Positions 32,416-43,906 of a stretch of DNA of 64,000 bases are shown piece by piece. The notes beneath the pieces are model-generated. The model did not search any database, was not told where the DNA came from, and saw nothing but the letters and a program-made list of their open reading frames with translations. Within the stretch, counting starts at the first letter, position 1. Each line of letters begins with the position of its first letter. The stretch spans positions 1,922,001 through 1,986,000 of the forward strand of contig OZ361259.1 of the NCBI GenBank assembly GCA_977018835.1, in the 5' to 3' direction. Made by a program: the position numbers and the translations under genes. The DNA comes from Minutocellus sp. GHC0000111 (lineage: Eukaryota).

Positions 32416-35400
32416 TTACGTGCTAATGTAGAGACTGGAAGCAAACACAATATCGCGTTTGATGGCGACCGATGCTGTTTCGGCCTTGCGGTAGAGAGTT
32501 GGATTGCCAACCACGCGCGCACAATTCCTCACCTCCCGACAGAGCTCGTCAAGTCGAGTGATGCACCTCACGATGCTACCCTCCTGTACAAGCGTCAGTT
32601 CGCAGATGTTGCTGAATGGAACACCGAGGGCCCACTCGTATACGACATGGACCAGACCGAACTTGAGGCTGTTGGCACAATAGTCCTTGGGGTCGATCTG
32701 AAGCCCATGATCTCTTTGCATTTCTCCAAGATTGGTTGCAATCTTCCTCATCTTCTCGCAGCACAATACCAAGCTGTCAGGTAACTCAGAGTCCAATTCA
32801 GAATCGGCGCTCTTTTCCTGGAAGATGAGAGCACTCAGTGCAGCAACAATTTCAGCTGGTTCCAGATCATTCAGGATTCCTTCAAATACCATTTCCGTCA
32901 CAATGAGTTCTTCGCATGTGTTGACTTCGCAGGCAACTCGCCCCTTGACTTGGACAGCGTCGTTGGAATCGACATACCCCAAAGTCTGAAGGAGTGCCTT
33001 CCTCTGCAAGAAATCGGGAAATAGAGCAAGCGACTCGTTCGATAACAAATGGCGCAGCGTGTCCACCGTCGCTTTGAGTGTTTCTTTCCTCTCAATCGCG
33101 GCATAATGCCTTTCGATGCTTGGATGGTGATGTGACTGGAAAAGTCGGAGGGTTGATAAAAGGCCTTCCACTCGATTGCACGCCGAACGGAATTCAAACA
33201 TGTCATTGCCCTGAGATATTCCCTTCGTGCATTCCGTGAGATCCATTGCGCCGAGACTACTTTTCGCCTCCTGCGTTTCTGCATCGACGAGATAACCCAT
33301 AACTTGATCAATCTGTGACTGTTCCGATGAAGCACCTGCCGTCTGTGGGCCTGTACCACCGCCCTTCTTTCCACGCGCCATCATTCCAGCAAACGGATCA
33401 TCATCCATGCGTCTACCTCCGACCAGTTTTGCCCGAGCGAACGGATCGCGTGCCGAACCGAGGCCCATCCCGAGACCAAGTGATGGGCCTGATTTATCCT
33501 TGAAGAGAGCCTTGCTATCAACTTTGTGCTTGGAAGAAGACACAAGAACGATTTCGCTGATGCCAATCTCGTGAATGGCATAATGTCTTTGCTTCGCTGA
33601 CCCAGTATAATTGAGAGTTGCTGGCTTAGCTTTCCCCTTCTCATCACTATCACTGTCTGGCACATAGCTTTCAGGCAACAGCACGATGCAAATTGCGGTA
33701 TCTTTGCCGGCACCTGTCGTCGATGACTTGGAGCTTCCAGAACCAATACCACTGCTGGTAGAGCTCACAGTAGGAGATTTCACGACAATAGCTGGTGTTG
33801 CGACGTAGCCATGTTTCCTCGCTGATGTAACGAGTAGAATTCGTCCAGGAACCAGGGCTCCACCCGCAGTCCCTCCGGCGGAAGAGAGAAGAAACGACAG
33901 TATGTTTATATTGAGAGTGAGCAGCTCTCCGCTCGTCGAAAAGTAATGGCCAATGTCTTCGGCACCGACGCGGCTGTCAGCGTCTTGCTCATACTCCTTT
34001 TCGAGCTTGGCTAGACCTTTCATGCCTCTTGATAAAAGCTTTGGATAATCATTCTGCGTCAACGCTCGTTGGGTTGCAAACTCTGAAAAGGAACGCTTGA
34101 TCATGTTCTCCACGGACAATTCTTCCGTTCGCAAAAGATTCAAGATCATGTTGTATGTCAGACGGAATTGCGATTCAAGCTTGGTTGAAGAGCCCGTGAG
34201 CATGTTGCGTAGAGTAAGTTGAGGAGGAGGTTCGTCTCCAAAGCAGCACAAGATGACTGTGCCAACCTTATCAAGACCTCGCCTACCAGCTCTTCCGGCC
34301 ATCTGCGTATACTCGCCAGGCTGGAGCACTCTGAATTGTGTCCCATCATGCTTGCGGATGCTGTTGAATACGACTGCCCGGGCTGGCATGTTAACTCCCA
34401 TCGCGAAAGTTTCCGTTGAGCAGAGGATCTTGATTAGGTTCCTAGAGAACAAAATCTCCACCATCTCTTTGAGGATGGGTAGGAGACCGCCGTGGTGCTG
34501 AATGGAGGGGAAATACAACAAATTTTGGTTAGAAGGGAAACAACAACGACGAAGACGACGCCGACGCCGAGACAACAACAATGAGGCCGACGCCGAGACA
34601 ACGACGATCATTAGATGATATCAATCTCTTGAGAATATGAGACTATGCACAAGGTATACGATGGTACGAACTTACCACACCGATACCTCGCTTCACCATC
34701 TCACAGGTCTGAATGACCTGAGGCAAGCTAGCGTCATTGGGAGACAGACGAGCCATGGTCTGCTGCGCAAACATGTGGGCTGCATTGCGTTCAGCCGCGG
34801 TGTTGAGATCCAAGGTTCGAAGCATATTTGCAATCTCTTCACACTTCTTCTTGCTGAAGCTAAAAACGACGGTAGGAGTCAGCCCCTCTCGGTCAAGAAA
34901 TTTGACGAGGCTCTGCCAATTGCCCTTATTTCCCTGCTGCTGCCACGATGAGTCTTTCGAGCCACGTGATAAGCGGTGAGAGACTGTGCCTTGGGATTTC
35001 GCCTTCCCGCCACCGGCACCAGCACTTCCCTTCTTATCCTTGGACTGAGCAGTCACTGACGCCGGGAGGAGAGCTTTTGCCGCGTCGCTGTACCCCTTAT
35101 CCAGGAAACCGCTCTTGCCTTCCATGATTTTGTGCAGCTTCTGTCCAGCCCACAAATGATGAGAAAGAGGAACGGGACGATAGTCGGTACGGATCACATG
35201 GACAGGCTTGCGCTTGGTTCTGCCAATCCAATCGGAGAATTCAATTGTATTTTGTGTTGTCGCCGAAAGGAAGATCATGTTGACGTACTGGGGGAGCATG
35301 ATGATTACCTCCTCCCACACCACGCCTCGCTCTGTGTCGTTGATATAATGCACTTCATCGAAAATTAGCCATTCCACATCTCGAATAAGGTCGGCACCGC

Positions 35401-37072
35401 GATATAGCATACTACGAAGGATTTCAGTCGTCATGATTAGACAGCTGGAGTCAGCGCCAATATGTAAATCACCCGTAATAAGACCGACATCGTCTCCGAA
35501 CTTGTCCTTAAAGTCTCGATACTTTTGGTTAGAAAGAGCTTTGATGGGACTGGTGTAAATGGCACGGGTACAGTGCTTGCGTGCCAGAGCAATGGCATAC
35601 TCGGCACATACAGTCTTTCCAGCGGAGGTGTGGGCCGCCACAAAAATACACTCGGATCTTTCGAGTCGAGCGACTGCTTGCTTCTGGAAGTCGTCGAGCT
35701 CGAATGGATATCGTATCGCCGGATTCGGCACAAGGGCATTGAAATCTTTGATTGGCAACAAATCTGTTACAGCCCAGGATTTTCGAGGTCCAGATGATGA
35801 CGAAGACGAGGGTTCACCACCACCACCATCGACGTTGGCAAGGAGTGGATGCAAATCTGTCTTTTTGTTCTTTCTCTTCTTGGAGAAGACTTTGTCGGCC
35901 TCACTTTGCGTTGACAATACCAGCTCTTCAAGAAGGCCATCAATATCCTCCGCCGTAGGCTCTTCCCCTTTTATCGAAACATCATCGACTTCTGATGCTG
36001 TTCCCTTGGCCTCACCTGTCTCCTCCTCTTCAACGGAGGAGTCGTCGCTTGATTCTTCGTCGTCATTGTCGCTGCTCTCTTCGTCACTACCACTCTCACT
36101 GGAACTGTCGGCAAAGAGCGAATCATCGTCAAAGTAGGTCTTATCCCACATACCATCCGTCGAAATGAGAAGGCTTGGACCTGCGTTAGAAATACCAGGT
36201 GCTGCTCCATCTCCTCCTCCTGCTGCTGTGCCCAACACCATATCGTCACCTCCTCCATCAATGTCTTCGTATGTACCATTTCTAGACGCATCCATTTCCT
36301 CTTCTTTTGCGCATCCCTTCTCGCCATATTTAGCAGCTTCTTCGTCACTATACACATCTTTCGGTCCGAGGCCGACCTTGAACGTTACGCCCGGAGGTGC
36401 CGTAATGAGCGACCCATCCCTCCATGCCTCAAGAGAACCCTTATCCAACACGTCAAGCGCAGCCTTGCATTCTTCGGGCGATAGGAATTCTGCTGGCGGC
36501 ACTTCCTCCTCTTCATCATCTCCATCGGTAGCGGATGGGATGGCCAGATCATCGCTATCAATACCACCAGCCTTGAATGGGGCACGCCGACCGACTTGGC
36601 CGCGAGTAAACTCGGACAACTTGCCGGAGAGATTGCCTTGAAGCGGTCTGTAAGCAAGAGATGTACCCCCGCCGGAGGTACCCTCGGCACCGCCATCTTC
36701 CGGTGGCATAAGGACCGCCACTGGCACCTCCACAAGAGCATCTTCTTCCAGCGAAGTTGTATCAATTCTAAGCTTGGCCCGGTTCGGATGGGGGATAGAC
36801 GACAAAGGCACGAGCGTCGTCTGGCTGGGAACGGAGGGTACTGTTATGAGAGACGAGTTCAGGCCGCGCTTCCATCTCGCTGGGTGATGCTGTGATTCGT
36901 CACCAGTGCCCGAAGGGGGGAGAACGCCAAAGCTTTCAAGTGCACTTTTTATCTTTGTGTCTGCCTCCTGGAGAGATGGTCCAAGAGCGGCGATCTGGGC
37001 ATCCTTCTTCCTCTGTTTCGCCTCATCTGCCAGAAGCAGCGACCGGAGGGCGCTGAGGTCGGCAGGTGGCAT
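32416..37072 (-). CDS. SKI2: SKI2 DExH RNA helicase (exosome cofactor), copy 1; intron 34498-34675
   Basis: YPFELDDFQKQA, AHTSAGKT, YTSPIKALSNQK, DEVHY, LSAT, GIGV|HHGGLLPILKE across the intron, TETFAMGVNMPA, QMAGRAGRRG and the C-terminal EGSIVR...IKRDIVFASSLY. Confidence 0.95.
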
Positions 37073-37424
37073 GATTTCAACTTGGGGCTACAAACGGGCT
37101 GGTAAATCGCTACGACTCAACACTGCAAACAAGCTGTCTTTGGTCTTCAATATGAGTGGCGCACGGTACAGCACGGTAACCGGTCTTGAGCCTCGGTATC
37201 TGCTAAGAGCGGCTCAAGCGGTCAGCGGCGGAGACGCCCCTCCCCGCCCGCTGCATGGCCCAGGCAGATCGCATCAGCTATCGCATCGCATCGAAACGTG
37301 GTAAAAGACCCGGAGGCAAAGCTCGACGTCGGCGACATTGCATTCTTTGCCCCCACCAGCCAAGTCTACAAAGCTCCTGTAAAATTTGTTAGCAATCCCT
37401 TAGGTCATTTTCTAGAGTTCAGAT

Positions 37425-39632
37425 TTACTCAGGAACAGGCAAGCATTTGACCACTTGCGTCTTCGGTAGCGTAGCCTTGAAAAGAGGGTGGTTGCAAAGA
37501 GCCGGAACAGTCACATCGAAGATGTAATGGCACGTCGAATCTTCGTTGACTCGAACAAGCTCATAGTTCTTGCCGCAGGAAAATCTCACAGTGGTAGAAC
37601 GCTCGATGCCACCCCCAACGACATTCCCACCCTTGATGATACTTTCAGCAACGTCGCTATCTTCGCATACCAAACCATCGGTGTACTCCTGAACAAATAC
37701 TGCACCATTCCCCCCAGCTTCTGGGGGGCTGCTATCGACCTTCTTTTTAGCCTCCGCCTTCTTCTTCTTGGCCTTGGCTTTTCTACTGCTGCCCATTACG
37801 AGAGTGTCCTCCCCGTCGCCATGAGTGGCATTAACTACATGGTCGGGCTCTTCAATATCGGGATAGGACTCATGAACGTCAGCCTTGTAAAGACCCAGCA
37901 TGTGCTCCTCCTCAACGATTTGTCGCGATACTCCCGTAGTAGCGTCCATGACATTGGTGCCATGGAATTCTCTTGCGTGGCGGGTGTGACAAAACTCATA
38001 TGTCCACCACCTGAAGATTTGGTCGAGTCGAAAAGAGATGGGAAGCAAGTCAGATTATAGAAACAATAAACCATCGAAATATATACCCTCGTACATGGCA
38101 GACACTCACCCAGCATTGCGCTGCAAACAATGGTTGCCGAGGGCGCGATCTAAAATATCACGAACCGACTCCTTCTTCTTTTTGCGCCTCTTCTTCTTTG
38201 GTGGAATGTTCTCGTATGCTCCCCCTTCACCCTCTTGGCCACTTCCGTCTCCAACAATTTCATTTCCGGAAGTAGTTGCATCATCAGTGTGGTCGACTTT
38301 CTTCCTATTCTCTGTCTCGAAGGCTTCCGGACACAGCAACTGTGAGCACACCACAGTCTTATAGGTGCACTTCTCTCGGCCGTTCTCGACAACAGATTTC
38401 AGCACGGCCTTGCCAAATGAAATATCCTTCCGCTTTGTGGCTTGTTCTTGGAGGTCCGGGCAGCATCGGATTTCGACTTGTACACTCCGAAGGATACCAA
38501 ATTCGTCGCACCAATCTCCAGAGTCGAACGTATCGGTGACAACGATTTCACCAGCCAGATGCTTTTGCCCATCACCTTGATCGACAATGACTCTCCTGGC
38601 TTTACTGGGTGCCTTGATCTCATCAATGCGAACCGACCTTTGCTTGAACTTGCCGACTGTGGTTACATCTTGGATTTCCATCTGCTTATCAAAGTGGAGC
38701 GTATTCCCATCTTTGTCTGTCTCGACAACTTGCTTCACGTGGACGTGAAATTGAGACACTTGCTTCTCATTGCACCACTCATAGGACCACCAGCCAGCGT
38801 GGTGCTGCGCGCATGTTTCCTGAAGCTTCCCGAGCTGGACGCCGATATCATGCGGATCAATATGGACAGGCTGATCGCTGGATGGTTGATCCTGCTCCGC
38901 AGTGCCTGCCCCCGAAGCTGGTTTCTGGTATATGCCACCAGTCGTCGTGTGGACGGTTCCCATAACCTGCACACCCGTAGCAGAATCTTCACTGATGACT
39001 TGCATCGTTTGGCTCTCGGTCTTTTGAATCACATCCCCGTCGGGTGTGTGATTCATGTAATATTCCTCATCGTCTTCATAATACTCTTCATATTCGTCTG
39101 CGTCATCTTGTTCCTCGTAGTCCGAAATTGATGGTGGCGCCTTGGTGCGCAATACAGGAGGATCAAACATACTTCCAAGGATGCTGTGCGGATCGAGCTC
39201 GTCTTCACGGTACACCCGACAAACAAATTGTCGGCCGTCGGCGTCAGACAACCGAAAGTGAGGGGCCGATGAACTTCCCAGCACCGACTCCACTTCTTCC
39301 TCACCATTGTTCACCGCATCCGACGTTGCGGCGCCACCCCATCCATCGAATTGGGCACCGCCAACCAACCGCAGAGGCAGCTGAGCCAGCCTATGCCGGG
39401 AGGCGCGGGCGTAGCCGCCGAGTGGAGCTCCATAGAGAGATGATGGATCGAAGATGAGATCATCATACGGGTCAGATGACGATAGGCTGGATTCGATATT
39501 GGCTTGCGCAAAGTGAATATTGAGCAATAATAATACTATGCTCGCCGCTGCGGTAGCAGCTGGCGTCGGGAACGCCATTCGGCGCATGGTTGCGGAAATC
39601 GAAAATGAGCTGATTGCGAAATCTGGCGCCAA
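37425..39632 (-). CDS. ER lectin with two MRH domains (erlectin/XTP3-B / OS-9-like), copy 1; intron 38011-38109
   Basis: Signal peptide; GWWSYEWC...QFH...C and NAG|WWTYEFC...EFH...EDSTCHY...PALC. Confidence 0.85.
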
Positions 39633-39964
39633 GTTTCTTCGTCGTGGCTACACGTCACCACCTCGAATGGGCCGGACGCTGACTGCGATGACTGCTGTGG
39701 GTGCTCCTCTGCTGCTGCCGCCGCTATGCGGTGTGCAAATCCAGATTGTGCTGCTACTAGATCTAGGGGAGAGTTACATTTGGACTGCAGGACAGGACTA
39801 CTTAGATACTGCTTTCAAATTTATTTCGATCTCTATCCTGCAATGCTATCACTTACATGTAGGCTGCCTGGCAAAACAAACGTCACGTAAACATAGAGTC
39901 TACTCCCCACAAGTTTTAATGCAAGTTTCCATTTGACTACACCGTAGTCAAATATATGTAGACT

Positions 39965-40953
39965 TCAATTCAACATTCCATAGGCCGAGGCAACGACAAA
40001 TACAGCGACAAGAACGCCCCAACCTTCTGGGGCCATTCCAAATATTGTCTCCGCCGGGGAAATATCAAGAACAGTCAGAAAGAGCGGCAAACAAGCGATC
40101 GCCACAAAACCCATGGCCTGAACAGCGTCCATGCCAAACGAGAGCAAAGCAGTGTAAAGAGAGCTAACAAACATGTATCCACCATCAATCTTGGCCATGG
40201 CCTTGGTTTCATCGTCGTCTTTATCCATTTGATTTTAACGAGAAAGAGAAAACTATTAGCACTACGCATCCAATGACAGATGGCCATTATGGAATCAAAA
40301 CATTATGTGCAGACTTACCATCGATCCTAGGATTCAAAAAGAGGAGGGCTCCATGGCCGCACAGGACAACAGAAATTAACTTGGCAGCCGCCATGTAGTC
40401 TCCTTGTCCAGATAACAGACTGAATGCCGTGCCGAGAAGGATCAAATAGATTAACATGTGCGGCACCTGCGGCACACCAAGGTCCTTATATTTGCCAGTA
40501 AGAAGCATTTCGGACATGAAGACGGCACGACTTAAAAAAGCCAAATGCAATCGCTTCCTCCGTCGATGTCTTGCCAAATAGGGTGAGAAGGCTTGTCACC
40601 GCAAGAGACGCGGCTGAACTAGCGAGGCCGTGCCCAAGATAGTGTTCACCCTTGGATCCTTTCTCGAGGGACACGCCAAGCTTCTCCCAAACTTCAGAGG
40701 GTTTGATCGCGCCCGAAAGGGCATCTCCAATAGCCAAAACTCCAAACGTTTTGGCGAGTGCATCGGCGCTGATAGGTCCCAGATCGCCACCTCGAAGATT
40801 GAGAATTGCCGATGCCGATGAGGACGTTGACACGGGCGTATCTTTTCTAGAGACGAATGGCATCCGAGCGCGAGGGCTGTTTGGCGCCTCGATTGCCCAG
40901 CAGAGGGGACTAGCGAGAACGATTGATTGCCGTTGAATGAGAACCTTGAGCAA
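39965..40953 (-). CDS. Multi-pass membrane protein of unknown function with an N-terminal LRGG motif, copy 1 (5' end, frameshift near 40533 and intron acceptor uncertain)
   Basis: ORFs 40486-40953, 40287-40577 and 39965-40228 read as one hydrophobic protein. There is one extra base in the A6 run (+ strand) and a donor GTAAGT at 40318. Confidence 0.55.
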
Positions 40954-41454
40954 TGATGGCAGGCATCAAAAGATATGACCGAAGGATCGAAAAGGCATAA
41001 GGACGACGTGAAAAGGTAGTGGCAATCTCTCAAAGAGCCGCATGCAAGGAGAGTATGCTAAACAGATCGCAGATAATTCCAACTATTTTCAGATGAAACG
41101 ATGGCACTTTCACCCGCGATGCCGGCAACTGAACTCACTTGCTTTGCTCTATTGAAATAGATGGGTTTGCTCTTTGATTGACCGTTCGACATGACTGGCG
41201 ATAGCTCTGGCGATGGCTGAGTTCGTTCATGCCAATCTCCGGGTTCTCTTAGAAAGTGGGTGCTCCCCTCCTTTCGCCCCCACAGAACCCTTAAAAACCA
41301 TCAAATGTGACACCAACGAAAAATTCCGGAAGCTTGCTGGTGTTCTGCGCGCGTTGAAAGACGGTAAAACGGAATGAAAGAGAAGCGGCAAGGTTACACG
41401 GCCAGGCCAGCACCTCTATCCCTTTGCCTACCTACCTGCCTGATATGATATGAA

Positions 41455-42399
41455 ATGAATGACATACAACGGCATTTCTTGAGAGGGCTCGAGGAAGCGG
41501 CAACTTCTGCTGTTGTCGCAGGTAAAACTACAGCTGCAGTTGATGAGCAGCTTCCTTTCGAAGGAGATGTGTTGCCTCCGCCGGTCAATCCGTACACAAC
41601 AACAGGGTTCATCGTTTGGTATTGCTTCCTATTTCTGTGCTGCGGCCTACCTATGATATGTTGTTGCATCAGTATGTGTTGCTTAACAGTGTGCAGAAAG
41701 CTAGAACCTGGGTCATCGTCCAGGAGGACTGGAAATGATAATGATCCCTCCTCGGCCGTTCTCGCCTCGGAAGAAGAGGACGCCATCGCACTGGAAATCG
41801 CCAGGATAGAGGCCAATGTTAGAGCATTTTCTCTCGAGGAGCAGCAACTGAGAAAGTCCAATCTGGCAAAGGCATGGGTGGAGCACAAGATGATCGTAGG
41901 TGAAGAATCGATTGTGGAAATGAAATCGAAGGAGTGCTGTGGTGAAAGTGAGAATGATGAACAGGGGAGAAGCATAGAAGAGGGCTTGTTTGAACTCCAG
42001 CACATACCTGTCCCTGGGTTCAAAGTTGGCGAAACAACCAAACGACGAACGGCGGCTTCTCACTGTGCCATCTGTCTCGAAAGCTATCGACCAGATGACA
42101 GCATTGTCTGGTCAGCGAATGCTGCCTGCGTCCACATATTTCACGAACAGTGTATGCTTTCATGGATTATGAAGCGATTCAAGCCAGACTGCCCAGTATG
42201 TAGGCAAAATTTTGTAAATTTGACCATCGGTGAGGACTCTTCGCTCCCCTTGGTGGGAGGTACAAGCAATTCATCGAATGGAGATCTAGTCGAACACAAC
42301 GTCGAAGAAGAGGGTGCAGGTGACGAAAACGACAGCAATATTGATGCTGGAGATACAGTCGAAGAAGAATCTGCATCAAACGAAGAAGAGGAAGACTAA
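41455..42399 (+). CDS. Transmembrane RING-H2 E3 ubiquitin ligase (ATL-like), copy 1
   Basis: Cys-rich TM segment; CAICLESY...CVHIFHEQCMLSW...CPVCR (C3H2C3). Confidence 0.9.
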   Translation: MNDIQRHFLRGLEEAATSAVVAGKTTAAVDEQLPFEGDVLPPPVNPYTTTGFIVWYCFLFLCCGLPMICCCISMCCLTVCRKLEPGSSSRRTGNDNDPSSAVLASEEEDAIALEIARIEANVRAFSLEEQQLRKSNLAKAWVEHKMIVGEESIVEMKSKECCGESENDEQGRSIEEGLFELQHIPVPGFKVGETTKRRTAASHCAICLESYRPDDSIVWSANAACVHIFHEQCMLSWIMKRFKPDCPVCRQNFVNLTIGEDSSLPLVGGTSNSSNGDLVEHNVEEEGAGDENDSNIDAGDTVEEESASNEEEED

Positions 42400-43906
42400 C
42401 ACAGATGGCGCGCCAAATTTTTGAACGATAATGCACATATTTATACATGTAGATCTATGTACCCTTGGAAGCAGCAGGGCTTCGACGAGGACACTTGTGC
42501 GTCGTCAAACGAAGTCAAACCGCCATTGCGCCGGGCGTTGCCTTGATTTGTTTCTAAATTGCCGGAGGCTTCGGTAGTGCTGGCGGTGGTGCAGTAGCCG
42601 GAGGTGGCATTGCAGTCGGCGGAGGAGGAGGGGCATTGGTGACGACTGTCCGGCATGGTCTTGCTGGTCTTCTCGAGGTGAGAGAGATGCTCCAGGCTGT
42701 GTTGCTTCCGGAGCTTGAGAAAGTTGATGTCAATGATGTTCGGTCGCCTAAGCTAACGGCGTTCCATCTGCCGGGCTTGGCTGGCTTCCTCACTCGTGCC
42801 GCCGACTGTTGCACTGACAAGGCCACGGTCTCTTGGATGACCGCAGCAGCAGTCAAGGAGGCGGAGGGATCGAAAGAGGCGGAAGAGAAGACTCTTTCTG
42901 TGACTCCTCTCCACCAGCTGCAACTGGACATGGTGACCAAGTTTTAGAACCGGCAAACGCGACTGACTCTTGATCTGACAACCGACACCCCCAGCACCAG
43001 CAGCAGCAGATGGCTCTCTGCACGACTAACACTCTCTCAACAGCATGTTGGCAGTTAAAGCTAGCTGTCAAAAAAGGACAGGACCAAAGAAAGAAGAGAC
43101 AGGTGTAAAAGAAGAGCAGTTGTTCTTGAACAAAGAAGACGTGGCAACAATTGTGCAACGTGTGGGAACCCGGAACTAAGTCCGGCGAGGAAACACCTGG
43201 CAGAAGCGCAAACGCTTTTGTGCCCAAAAAACACCTGAGGATGTGGGGCCACAGCAGGCGACTGAACACCAGAAATGTGTGGGATTTTTCCCCTCACAAC
43301 AACTTCATGAAAAGAAGTTGTTAGTGCTGAGGAGGTGCCTGTGCCTGTCAAGGCATGGGTTCGAACTCTCGTCGACCGCGGCAGCCAAGAGTTGGGGCCA
43401 AAAAAGCGGAATGTGCTGGCAGCAGTTGAAACTGGGGTCCACCTGCTACGCAGCAACGCACACCCCCCCCTCTGTGCTTCAAAACAAAGTTTCTTGGACC
43501 CGTTCGACTGATCATGATGCTCAGAAACCCAGGGCCATTGTAAGCATCCGTGACCGACACGCCGAGTTTCTGAGGCGGGACTGTAGCCGGAGACATTTTC
43601 GGCGCAACTCACGAGTCCAAAACCTCATGCATGAAGACAGCTTCAAGCACCAAAACATCGCAGCCGCCACCCACACATACTAGTAATGCCCACTCGACAA
43701 TTCAATTCCACACAAAAAATTCCACACAAAACCCCGTAACGGCACATCAAGACCAGCAGTCATTCTCGGCATTGCGATTGTACCTCTAGGTAGCACTTTT
43801 CACGCCTCACAATTTGCCATAAATCGCGAAACGCAAAGCGCCAATACCAATACCTTTCTCTTATCCATCCTCCTACGTGTACTCTTGTCCCCATCGCATC
43901 ATCATC

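Larger units (their letters stand above)
24023..42639. repeat. Tandem segmental duplication, copy 1 (18,617 bp)
   Basis: Every ORF wholly inside the unit recurs with an identical translation at offset +18,617. Identity starts at TGACGACTGTCC (24023 and 42640). Confidence 0.98.

Noticed and set aside
34498..34675. Coding 'RRRRRLRR' segment at the start of the 731-aa ORF, and ACG/ACA repeats
   Set aside because: Lies in the SKI2 intron; simple trinucleotide-like repeat.
6018..40000. Genome-wide reassignment of UGA to Trp
   Set aside because: TGA appears to be the true stop at 30107 and 39965, and Trp is otherwise TGG in the genes examined. Two in-frame cases are not enough.
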